NCBI GenBank assembly: GCA_032718475.1
Contig: JAUCBJ010000973.1
Location: 1-53,088 of the forward strand
Source: Nemertoderma westbladi
Taxonomy: Eukaryota; Animalia; Xenacoelomorpha
Direction: 5' to 3'
Length of the DNA stretch: 53,088 nucleotides
Shown: positions 36,011-46,562 of the stretch, piece after piece
How the letters are laid out: each line of letters begins with the position of its first letter
How positions within the stretch are numbered: position 1 is the first letter of the stretch
Made by a program: the position numbers and the translations under genes
Notes under the pieces: generated by a model
Database searches by the model: none
Told to the model about the DNA's origin: nothing
The model's input: the letters and a program-made list of their open reading frames with translations, nothing else

Positions 36011-37180
36011 ATGGTAGTTTAGATCCTAGAGCACCTTAGATCCTGAACGAACTTAGATCTTGGGTGAACATAGATCCTACCAATACGAACTTAGATCCTA
36101 CCCATACGAACTTAGATCCTTCCCATACGAACTTAGATCCTACCCATACGAACTTAGATCCTACCCATACGAACTTAGATCCTTCCCATACGAACTTAGA
36201 TCCTTTCCATACGAACTTAGATCCTCAACATACGAACTTAGATCCTTTACATACGAACTTAGATCCTACCCATACGAACTTAGATCCTTTCCATACGAAC
36301 TTAGATCCTACCCATACGAACTTAGATCCTACCCATATGAACTTAGATCCTACCCATACGAACTTAGATCCTACCCATATGAACTTAGATCCCACCCATA
36401 CGAACTTAGATCCTACCCATATGAACTTAGATCCTTCCCATACGAACTAAGATCCTTTCCATACGAACTTAGATCCTCAACATACGAACTTAGATCCTAT
36501 ACCTCCATAATACATTGCAACGAATCAGCTATTAATTGGCAAATTATAGTTTATTGGTGAGTCACTGATCGCAAACTACTTTGAGTGTATGACTTATTTG
36601 CATTAGATCATTATAAATACTTTTATATGCTTAATGTAACACAGTAGAATATACTATAGTATCTATAGAACGCGGCCAAAGCAGTGGGATCTAAGTTCAC
36701 TTCTCGACTTCCTTGAAGATTACCAAAGGCTTTTAATAGCATAAAGTGGGATCTAAGTTCACCTAGTTAGGATCTAAGTTTACCCAGTTAGGATCTAAGT
36801 TCACCCAGTTATAATAATAATAATAAAATAAACTTGTATAGCGCCAAATTTACAATAATTAAACAGTACGCTAAGGCACTTAAGTCACTATCTAGAGATA
36901 TTGGTACATAGCGATAAAGTACGATAAACGAATATAAGAAACTCAATTAATGCACCAAATACAGACAAATTAGTGATAAAGTAAAATATTTTGGATATTA
37001 AAACGGACAAGTAAGCGATATGTAAAATATATGATAAATATATGTCATAAAAAATATGTGAAAATCAGTTAAGATATAAGTTCACCGATATATGATCTAT
37101 GTTCGCATATAGGACCTACGTTCGCAAAGATCTAAGTTCATCAAAGTCAGGCCCTACAGGATCTAAGTTCGTTTTACCAT
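36011..37180. mobile_element. Foldback-like element whose arms are arrays of a 21-bp GAACTTAGATCC subrepeat in inverted orientation
   Basis: GAACTTAGATCC units at 36018..36500 (including a ~21-copy 21-bp array) face GGATCTAAGTTC units at 36688..36805 and 37071..37170. Termini are ATGGTA...TACCAT. Confidence 0.7.
36812..37065 (-). mobile_element. L2-type LINE/SINE 3' tail inserted into the foldback element, with a 6-bp TSD
   Basis: CAGTTA direct repeats at 36806..36811 and 37066..37071. The minus strand ends GCGCTATACAAG..(TAT)n. Removing the insert restores the 21-bp register. Confidence 0.65.
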
Positions 37181-38147
37181 CAAGTTCTACCCATCATCGG
37201 GATCATGGTCATGGAGGTTATAATCATTTGCAACGATGGAGTTTTTTCGTATCTATATATTTTTTATCATTAGTCTTTTTATCTATTTTATTTACAACTT
37301 CTATCAAACTCATCTTAATTAATTTTCTCATTTTGTTTTATTTAAAATTTTGTCCAATCCGATTAAATCTCGCTGCAGTTGTGTTGTGTATTCCTTGTTT
37401 TATACATGTTATTGTTTTTTACGTACGTGTAACATGAAAAAAAAACATTGTACTACGTTTTTTTTAATTGTATTAATTAGTGCCTTATAGGACATTGGGA
37501 CCCTATAAGTTTTAAACTATCATATATTTTTAAATTTTTAATTACAACACCAACTTTCATTCGTTGTTTTATCATATATTTTTTATATTTTTAATTAATT
37601 TTATTTCATTTTTTAACAAACCTTTTTTACAAACGAGGTTTTAAATAATCTCTATGAATTCAAAGTTATGTTATACCTATTATATGTAAAACCTTTTAGT
37701 GTAATCTACTGATCCTCCAATTTTTATTCAACATATAATTATTTTACTTAGAGGTTAAACGTTTTTTTTAACTATTATTCGCGAACTAGTAGTTTTAACC
37801 AGATTTTAACCATTATATATGCTATTTTAAATATAATTTATGTAGTTCTAACATAACTTATTTACATATATCAACGTACTTAGATTTATTTTGTATTATT
37901 GTTCGATTGTTGATTTTACTTGTACAGGTTCAACAAGCTTAGGCTTTCTAATACCTTAAACATTAAACATTAAACTTTCTTGTCTCTGTAACTTTTAATA
38001 ATAATACTATTAATAATGTTATAGTAGGAAATACCGGTAAGCAGCTGAGATTACTAAGAATTCTGATTTCTATACCAGTACAGCAGTACAGTATACAGGT
38101 ATACAGGTATAAACTGTACACCAGTAGGCCTACCGGTACACGAAAGC

Positions 38148-39707
38148 ATGGATGAGAAACCATTGGTAAAACCCAGCGTTAACAACGAGGATGATGAGGA
38201 AGAAGAGATGGCAGCAGGCTGCGGTGCATCGCCTGCGTGCAACCCCAACCATGTGGTCCACCGATTTATTATGCTCATATTTATGTGTTTCCTCAATTTC
38301 GGTAGCTATTACTGTTTCGACAGCCCTGCTGCTCTCATCAACCAAATAACCGACGACATGAATGTATCTACTTCCACCTACGTTCTCCTATACTCACTGT
38401 ACTCCTGGCCGAATGTAGTTCTCTGTTTCTTCGGTGGTTTCCTTATCGATCGTGTTTTCGGTATACGTTTCGGTGCAGTTTTCTTCGGATTGTTCGTGGT
38501 CGCGGGTCAGATAATCTTCGCCACTGGCGCCTACGTCAACCACTTCTGGTTGATGGAAGCCGGTCGATTTATATTCGGGATCGGAGGCGAAAGTCTCGCT
38601 GTCTGCCAGAACACCTACCAGGTTCTCTGGTTCAAAGGAAAAGAACTCAACCTGGTGTTCGGAATCGGTTTGAGTTTCAGTCGCATCGGATCCACAATAA
38701 ATATGAACGCTAACGGACCTGTCTACAATCTACTCGCCGAGGCTATGGGCGTAGAAGGGGGATATAAAGTCCTCGGATTAACTTTATATACCGGTGCGTT
38801 TCTTTGTTTATTCTCATTAGGCTGCGCTCTGACTCTTTGGTACTTCGATAAACGCGCTGCTCGGATACTAAAAAGGGAAGAAGCAACTGATAGCGAGGTT
38901 ATCAGCATCAAAGACGTTAAGGATTTCCCCGCTACTCTTTGGCTCATCTGGATTATCTGCGTCGCGTATTACGTCGCGGTATTTCCTTTCATCGGTCTCG
39001 GTAAGATCTTCTTTATGGAGAAGTTTGGTTTCACCGCCGGTGCGGCTTCCGCTATAAACTCCATCGTCTATCTAATCTCCACGATCGCGTCCCCGCTCAC
39101 CGGTATCATGGTAGACCGTCTCGGACGGAACCTCGTCTGGGTGACTATGGGTGTGGGCACCGCCCTACTCGCCCATTGTTTAATGGCCTTCACTTTTATC
39201 TCACCCTACGTTGCGATGTCTGTTCTCGGGCTTTCGTACTCCTTCCTCGCGTGCGCTCTGTGGCCGATGGTCGCGTTGGTGGTTCCGTTCACGCAACTAG
39301 GAACCGCCTACGGGTTCATGCAGAGTATACAGAACCTCGGATTAGCCGTTATTCCTCTTATCGCCGGCGATATAGTCGACGCTAAGGGTTACTTATGGCT
39401 GGAGGTGTTCTTCTGCGCGTGCGTTTGTATCGCGTTGATCGCGACTGCGTTGCTTTATATAGTGGATTCGTTGCGCGGGACTGGCCTCAATTTATCGCGG
39501 GCGGAACGAGCGCAAAGAGCGAAGCGAGCCGAGTCATCGCGGCGGGAGGAGGAGGAGGAGGCAGCGAGGGTCCCGGAACCCCGGTTGCGGCCCCGGACGG
39601 GAGACCAGCTGCGGGCGCGGTACCTCTCGCGACTCGGGGCCCAGGCCCAGATGGAGTTGGAGCCGACCTACATGCGCAGTCTGGGATACCGTTCCGTGCT
39701 GCGCTAG
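38148..39707 (+). CDS. MFSD1: Major facilitator superfamily domain-containing protein 1 (lysosomal MFS transporter), single coding exon, 519 aa
   Basis: ACNP..HRFIMLIFMCFLNFGSYYCFDSPAAL, LYSLYSWPNVVLCFFGGFLIDRVFGIR, GRFIFGIGGESLAV, WFKGKELNLVFG and QLGTAYGFMQSIQNLGLA are MFSD1 motifs. Confidence 0.96.
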   Translation: MDEKPLVKPSVNNEDDEEEEMAAGCGASPACNPNHVVHRFIMLIFMCFLNFGSYYCFDSPAALINQITDDMNVSTSTYVLLYSLYSWPNVVLCFFGGFLIDRVFGIRFGAVFFGLFVVAGQIIFATGAYVNHFWLMEAGRFIFGIGGESLAVCQNTYQVLWFKGKELNLVFGIGLSFSRIGSTINMNANGPVYNLLAEAMGVEGGYKVLGLTLYTGAFLCLFSLGCALTLWYFDKRAARILKREEATDSEVISIKDVKDFPATLWLIWIICVAYYVAVFPFIGLGKIFFMEKFGFTAGAASAINSIVYLISTIASPLTGIMVDRLGRNLVWVTMGVGTALLAHCLMAFTFISPYVAMSVLGLSYSFLACALWPMVALVVPFTQLGTAYGFMQSIQNLGLAVIPLIAGDIVDAKGYLWLEVFFCACVCIALIATALLYIVDSLRGTGLNLSRAERAQRAKRAESSRREEEEEAARVPEPRLRPRTGDQLRARYLSRLGAQAQMELEPTYMRSLGYRSVLR

Positions 39708-39713
39708 TTCTCC

Positions 39714-39898
39714 AGCAAGGACAGTGTCCCGTTTCCGCCAGGGACAGTGTCCCGTTCCCGCCAGGGACAGTGTCCCGTTTCCCATTTGGGACAGTGTCCC
39801 GATCCCCATTTGGGACAGTGTCCCGTTCCATATTTGGGACAGTGTCCCGATCCCCATCTGGGACAGTGTCCCGTTCGCTGGTGGGACACTGTCCTGCT
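39714..39898. repeat. 23-24-bp tandem array of the palindromic core GGGACAGTGTCCC (7 copies plus 1 inverted), just after the MFSD1 stop
   Basis: Seen directly. The ends AGCAAGGACAGTGTCCC and GGGACACTGTCCTGCT are inverted relative to each other. Confidence 0.9.
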
Positions 39899-41049
39899 CT
39901 TCTACTGCCTCTTCCATACACGATGCCATTATTTTATTATATTATTATATTTATCATCTTGTATCAATTTAAATCACGCAAGAGTCGGAACTTATTTATT
40001 ACATTATGTTCCATAATTTTATAATAATTGATTCCGTTAATGTGAGTGTAAAGTGAATCCATGTCCCTAATCCTAATCTATAAACTACATTGAATTGAAT
40101 CGTACTTATACATCTGCAGTCTAAAACTCTAAAGCAAATACTAGGCAGATTTTTGCATTTTGGTGCCCTGAAGTGTGCGAGTGGTGGGTTGTGTTGTTTG
40201 TTAAAATGCAGAGAAATTTCAGAAAACCACGGATTAAGTTAGTTAGGAGACTCCGAACTGTTATCCCGAATAGTAAGATTACATGCTACGGCAAAATAAC
40301 CAATAGTGATTATCGATGCATTTAAATACACATTAAACCTTTCTGACGTGGATTATTCTATGTAAATTGGCAAATCTATTCTGGCTATTATCGTCTCTTA
40401 AGGCCTTGGATTCAGTCTATCTGTCACGTATGTTCTGCCTACTTGCAACCGGCCAGCCTAACTCAAAAGGGATTTTATGGGCATGTCTTGACATATAGAT
40501 CGATTTATTTATACATTAAATGTAAAAACAATAACAAAAGTTCTCCAACATCATCAAGGATTATCCCTAAAGCTCTGCAGCTTTACGACTTCAATAAGAT
40601 CAGTTTGTAAGTGAAATAATCCTCTTTCTCGCGTCACATAAATTGAGCTGTAATGCCAATGTGTACGTGTGTTTGAATGAATCGAAACTCATTTAGCCGT
40701 TTTTATACGCAGCATATTATAATGTTTAAATATTCAGCAACAGCCAATAATGGCAGTTGTTTTTAATTCCATTCCAGTGCTAACTTAAAATTGGACCATA
40801 TTCTCTGCAATTCCTCCCCGTTTTATCGAAAAACACACCCAACCATGGGTTCAGGTGGCCTTATTACCCATTATTCAACCCCCTAATTTTCTACAAATCT
40901 TAATGAGCTCACAAGAAATTTTAAAGAGTATAGTTTGAACGAAGCTTCGTTTTTAACTTTTAAACTTTTGCCGCAGAACAGTACAGATTTTTGAAAAAAT
41001 GTGTCTCCGTCCATATCGCCCATGTCGCCACTACAGATAATTCATCTAT

Positions 41050-41250
41050 TTTCACGGCTGATTAACAGCTGATTACTCTAAAAAATAAAACTAAAACCTG
41101 TTCTATTGATTTTCGTTCATTGGTTTGCTTGAAATAACGTGCCACTGTAACCTGCTCCTTTCTTAAATTGGTAATTTAACATGAGGAGTCGAAATAATAA
41201 TAATTCGCCAAGATGGTATTTGAGTCCACCCCCCCCCCCCCCCCCCCCAC
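41050..41250 (-). mobile_element. MITE family A copy with poly-C
   Basis: AACAGCTGATTACTCT..AAATAACGTGCCACTGTAACCTGCTCCTTTCTTAAATTG matches 31750..31860. Confidence 0.72.
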
Positions 41251-42577
41251 TTGAATTTAAAAACTAAATTGTATTCTTAAATTGTTACTTTTTCGCTCGA
41301 ATGTGGTTAATGTTTTTTAAGCGGCTCTCAGTTACATAATAAATATTCGAGAACACTAAATTATTTAACATTGAGTAAGGCAGCATCAGGAGTTGAAGAG
41401 TACAATAATTGGAATCGCTGTAACTTAACTATGGAAGCAATATAATAAAATACTACAGTTTAATTTATTTTGTAACACTATATCGTTCTATATTTTATTA
41501 ACGAATTAAGCAACAAAAAAGTACAAATTTAAGATTAAAATTACGTATTACATGGGGAAAAAACGTAGAACATTTTTTTTTCCAACATTCTCTCGACCCT
41601 TTATTAACCTCGCTGACGCTCGGTAAATAAAATTCCTCGAGAATTAATAGTGAAAAAAGTTATACTTTTTTTTCCCATGCAAAAAATAATTATAATTGAA
41701 AAGATTAAAGGAAAGGAACAGGTTACAGTGTCTGTGTTTTCAAACCAAAACAATAAAAATAAACAAAAATTTATTTCATATGCGACCAATTTGGGCTGGA
41801 TAATGGATTTCACTTAATTTCAATTCCATTTAAGAATTGTAAACCAATTTCTGGGTCGACAAATAACTGAATAAACATATTCCATGCATGATGTAATGCG
41901 TGTAATGGATGTAATGCGTGTAATGGATGTAATGCGTCTCTATGGCTAATAATTTTTTATAACTGATATATTTGTTTACCTTTTAATTATCGTATGTATA
42001 AATAAATAGATAAGTTTATTATTTGTAATTATTAACTAATTATAATATATATTTTATATAGTTCCTTTTATACGGTTCTTGAAAGCGGCCAGGCAGCCTG
42101 AAAGCGAATTTACTTTGTGTCCGCGAGTTTCAACCGCTGTTGAAATAATCGGTATTTTCCAAGAATATAAAATGAGAACGGTAGCGATTCTTTATTGTGG
42201 TTGAGGTGGGACAGCTCGTTATGTTATCGTGTATAACATTGAGTTCATCTACTGCTCCGGTACCGGTACCACTGCCATATATCCCTTTATCTATATCGAA
42301 AGTAACTCCGTCAGGCTGTTTGACGCAATGACGCCCTCTCTAGAGGTATCAATATTATTGTTTATTCCTTTTGCGTTGCCGTGGGTATCTGAAGACTCTA
42401 TTGAACTACTTTCACTTTCTGCCATGTTCTGGTATCCTGTTGATGTTCTCTTGGGGTATTCTTTGTTAATTTACAGTTAACTTCCTGTTTGTTGTTACTT
42501 TCACCTTGAGATTTACTGCTTCTAATTTTGGTCAGCCACTGGAAACAGCTGTCCATAATAAATTATCGGAATTATCG

Positions 42578-42866
42578 AATTAATCGCCCATGTGAAGAAT
42601 ACCAGGATTTCACTTTTCGGTCGACTTTTTATTGGAATTTTATATATGAAGATTTTTTATTTTTTAAATTTATCTTTATTAAGTGTTTTATAACGCTTCT
42701 GTCTTATAACCTGTACATATACTAATTCGTTTATTGTTTTGGTTAAATTCAGCCCTTCTGTAACCTGTGTTTTTGGTGAAAACCTGGTATTCTTCACATG
42801 GGGGTAACTGCAAAGTGAAATATAACGGCAGAAAGTATGGTATTCTTCACATGGGCCGAATTAATT
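42578..42866. mobile_element. MITE with GCCCATGTGAAGAATACCA TIRs carrying the shared core
   Basis: Left end AATTAATCGCCCATGTGAAGAATACCA; right end TGGTATTCTTCACATGGGCCGAATTAATT, plus a second internal copy at ~42785. Core GTTTATTGTTTTGGTTA..CTGTAACCTG at ~42729. Confidence 0.7.
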
Positions 42867-43552
42867 ATATGTAGTTCTGTTATTTATAAGTAATTATCAA
42901 GTTCATCAAACACTAGTATGTTTATTATTTAATTATAATATTTTAATTTTTATACTTATATTACACCATGTCCCAAAATATAGTGTCGTAATTCAATGAA
43001 ACGACCCCAGCCCCCCCCCCCCCCCCCCCCCTAATTTTTCTACAAATATTAATGAGATTGCATGAAATTTGAAATATAGATAGTTTCACCTCGCCACCAT
43101 CCATTAATTACGCCCACGCCATCCACAATATGATAACATAGTAAACATTGATCTACGTAGCCATGCAATAATAACCCACACACACGTCTTGGCTTATTGT
43201 GTGGCTCGGCCGACACAATGGTGACTGCACGATTAGGCCTAAATATTTATATTTTAATATTTAATTATTTATAGTTTATCAGCTCAATGCGTGAATATAT
43301 ATGGTTATTCAGGGTGGAGCTATGCGTTATAAATATTCATTGCTAAAATAACTTCATCTTGGTTTTACCAATACGACTTGCATCTCCATAGTAGTAGAAA
43401 ACAACGCCTCGTATCATTCATACGCCCTAGATTTATCATTCAAATTAACCTTTCCGATTTTATTAGCGTATTCTACCTCCAATTGATTTTATATATTTAA
43501 AATATTTTTGTACACGCTGGACGCTAACCAAAACCAATACCAAAGTTACCTT

Positions 43553-44152
43553 ATGGCAAATACAACTACCGAGGTGACTGTTTCTGTGGAACAGCCAAAT
43601 CAAGACTGTAATATTATTAAAACTGTTGATACGGATAAGGAAGTACGTAAAAGTACTGATGAAATACAAGGTGCAGAAAATTACGTAGAAGAAAATGTTC
43701 CAGTTCAGGTTAATGATGGAAAGGTTGAGGATAGCCACAAAATATATGAGTGGGGGGTATATGACTTTGACATCAGATTGAAAGAATTAGACGAAGTTAT
43801 GAAAGTTGAATTGAATGTTGTTGAAGAAGAGCCGAAGGATGGTGTTAGTGAGGAAGACAGAAATATTAAGTCACCAACGGGGAAGGAGTTATTGTCGCAA
43901 ATTGTGTGGGAGAAAGTGAACCAAGGTTATTTCCGTGAGTTCAATAAACCAGATGTCGATGAGGCTGAAATTGAGGATGAACCTGTGGTATTCGAAACGT
44001 TTACAGTCGAGGTACCACCACTTCCGGCTCCCGGAAGCCACAGGCGTAACAATAACTCTCTGATACTGGCATCTATTATATTATTAATGGGGGTTATAGT
44101 GGCTGCGTGCGCTTATGGAGCTGTTGTTGGTACCCAGGATAAAGACAGTTAG
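43553..44152 (+). CDS. Uncharacterised acidic protein with a C-terminal transmembrane helix, ~199 aa
   Basis: 600-nt ORF from the first ATG in AT-rich surroundings, E/D/V-rich, with hydrophobic LILASIILLMGVIVAACAYGAVV ending 7 aa before the stop. AATAAA follows the stop. Confidence 0.65.
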   Translation: MANTTTEVTVSVEQPNQDCNIIKTVDTDKEVRKSTDEIQGAENYVEENVPVQVNDGKVEDSHKIYEWGVYDFDIRLKELDEVMKVELNVVEEEPKDGVSEEDRNIKSPTGKELLSQIVWEKVNQGYFREFNKPDVDEAEIEDEPVVFETFTVEVPPLPAPGSHRRNNNSLILASIILLMGVIVAACAYGAVVGTQDKDS

Positions 44153-44472
44153 TCTATAAATAAAGTCAAATGTATTATTTTGAATTATTTACTAAGGTAC
44201 TACACCCCCCAGTAATAATGTTAAACTACCCCTCAATAACATTGCTAGGTCTCCTACACGGGGGAAAACCGACGCGACGCAAATAACAAAGGATTACTCT
44301 CAAAAATAACATTGTAACTTGTTTTATTGATGCCATTGAATTTCATCTAACAAGAACAAGGTCAGCCGCCTACCGTCAGCTGAATCTCTGATTGCATGCG
44401 GCCGTCTAGTTCCAGTTGCTTTTTGTTTTTTTATTATACATACTTTGGTTATTACCGGTGTACAAGGCTGGG

Positions 44473-44844
44473 ATAACTCCCTCTTGAAAAGACTCCCCAG
44501 TCATCTCAGCCTAGGCTGAGAACACTCCTCAGTCGTCTCAGCCTAGGCTGAGATGACTCCCCTTAGGCTGAGAACACTCCCCTTAGGTTGAGAACACTCC
44601 CCTTAGGCTGATATGACTCCCCTATTTGAGTTATAATTCATATCCGTACCTGGGTTATATTCGTTTATTGCAAAAATAAAACTGTAACAACCTATGTTAT
44701 TGAATTATCGTTTATTGTTTTGGTTAGAAAGCCCGCCACTGTAACCTGCTCCTTTCCGTTAATTAAGAAATATAGGGAGAAAACTGGGGAATGTTCTCAG
44801 CATAGGCTGAGAAGACTGGGGAGTCATATTTGGCGGGGAGTTAT
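44473..44844. mobile_element. MITE with ATAACTCCC..GACTCCCCAGTC..CTCAGCCTAGGCTGAG TIRs, internal subrepeats and the shared core
   Basis: 44473..44530 matches the reverse complement of 44787..44844. 22/33-bp subrepeats run to ~44625. The core lies at 44709..44757. Confidence 0.72.
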
Positions 44845-45031
44845 TGCTGTCCTGTCCAGTCATTGTTATCCTGTCACACCGGTACATACCGGTACATAAC
44901 ATGCATAAAAAGTCATATTCATATGGTTTTTGACTATCAATAATAATTTTAAAGAGGCGATTTAAAATGACAATTGAAATAATCGACACAGTAAAGTACA
45001 GGTGTATGTGAGAATGAAGATGATGTGTGTG

Positions 45032-45206
45032 TATGGCATACTTTTAGTATTTTAATTCAATAATATTTTTTTGATCTAAAAAGTTGGTAATATTATTGCG
45101 AAAAAATTAATTTTATCGCAATAAAATTCAATTTTTTCGCAATAATATTACCAACTTTTTAGATCAAAAAAATATTATTGAATTAAAATACTAAAAGTAT
45201 GCCATA
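45032..45206. repeat. 175-bp near-perfect AT-rich palindrome
   Basis: Arms are identical except for a 1-nt indel; 4-nt loop CGCA at ~45117..45120. Confidence 0.95.
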
Positions 45207-45791
45207 TGTGTGTTGCATATTGTTTCACCGCTATCGTAAATAATTATACGTATTAAATGTTCTAGAACACCCCCAACCTTTTCAACCTACAATACCCCGG
45301 TTTCTACTACACACTGAACCTGCTTGCCACTCTTGTGTCTCCTCTAGCGTCTTAGTCACAACAAGGCTGAGTTTACCAATGGAAAATTGAGTTTGGTCCG
45401 GGTCAGATTCACTGTGCTGGAATACTGATTTGTATTGATTTTATTTAAGTTATTTTTTAATCTAATAGCTACTGTACTATGTATGTGTTGGTTATCAAGA
45501 AAAAGTTCAGTAGAAACGGAACTTGTAAAAAAACTTGCAAATTTGAAATTATAAAGACAATTTCATTAAAATGGGTGTTCTATATTTGCTTATTTATTGT
45601 GCATGTGCGTGCGATTTGTTTTCAAAACTTTTTAGAACAGATAATAACTATTTCAATAAGTAGGCCTAGTGTTCTAGATTATTAGGTAAAGATATTCCAC
45701 TGCCACCAATTATTAACTTGTAGAGTTACCATTAAAAATATATATCGCAGGAGGTCTATAACTGTTTCTTTACATCCACGTTTTATTACCG

Positions 45792-46562
45792 TTACTGGTA
45801 GCCATGTTTGCCATGTTCTCGAACATCTTTCCGAACCAAGAACCCTCTAGCACAACTCTGGATGACCTTGGCTGCATTTTCGTCTACCGGGTTGGCGTTT
45901 AAAGCGTCAGCCGACGATTCCAATGAATCAGGTGACCCCATTACAGACGAAACCAATGCGCCCCAATAACTTCGCAACAATGGTTTCCCACCACGATCTG
46001 TCCTCGGGTGGTTCATGATACTTTCCCTCGCTCGTTGTACCGAATTCTCACGAGCCAGTGACTCAACATCCCCCACTACCCCTTCCTCTCTCATTATCCT
46101 ATTGGTTCTTCTAGCAGCCAGTCTCGACTGCCATTGGTCTATCTTACCTCGGATATTATCCACTCTTCTACGGCCACAAAACCCCCGGACTCCAGCCTGT
46201 ATTTTAACGGCCGCCTCATTGTTCCTTCGTTTTTCCTCAGTTTCTATCTTTAGGTCCATATCGGGATTATTATCCCTAATCAATATTCTAGAATCCATTG
46301 TATTTATTTTATAATAACCACCATTTATTCTAGAATACCTCCCCTCTTTATTTCGTTTGTTTTCTACTAATTTCAGCCCCTCTAATATCGCGTTCTCATT
46401 GGATAAATTTTTGCGAGATTTAACGCCTTGGGTTTCTATTAGTAGATCCTCGAAATATTTGATCGCAAATTCTGGAATATTCGATGTTCTCGATCTCATA
46501 ACTTCTCTTGCGAACGCCACCAGAATATCCCGCAGCGGTTCTGGTGGGTCATTATGATTCAT
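45792..46562 (-). CDS. RIIa dimerisation/docking domain plus IQ-motif protein (sperm surface protein Sp17-like), single exon, 256 aa
   Basis: N-terminal PEPLRDILVAFAREVMRSRTSNIPEFAIKYFEDL (RIIa D/D); IQ motifs AAVKIQAGVRGFCGRRR and AAKVIQSCARGFLVRK. Confidence 0.82.
   Translation of the reverse strand: MNHNDPPEPLRDILVAFAREVMRSRTSNIPEFAIKYFEDLLIETQGVKSRKNLSNENAILEGLKLVENKRNKEGRYSRINGGYYKINTMDSRILIRDNNPDMDLKIETEEKRRNNEAAVKIQAGVRGFCGRRRVDNIRGKIDQWQSRLAARRTNRIMREEGVVGDVESLARENSVQRARESIMNHPRTDRGGKPLLRSYWGALVSSVMGSPDSLESSADALNANPVDENAAKVIQSCARGFLVRKDVREHGKHGYQ

Noticed and set aside
36060-36560. YELRSYP / NLDPTHT repeat ORFs
   Set aside because: They are translations of the 21-bp array in the foldback element.
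42060-42557. Coding-like minus-strand stretch starting MDSCFQWLTKIR
   Set aside because: It is broken by stops and frameshifts after ~52 aa and has no recognisable homology, so I cannot support a gene or pseudogene call.
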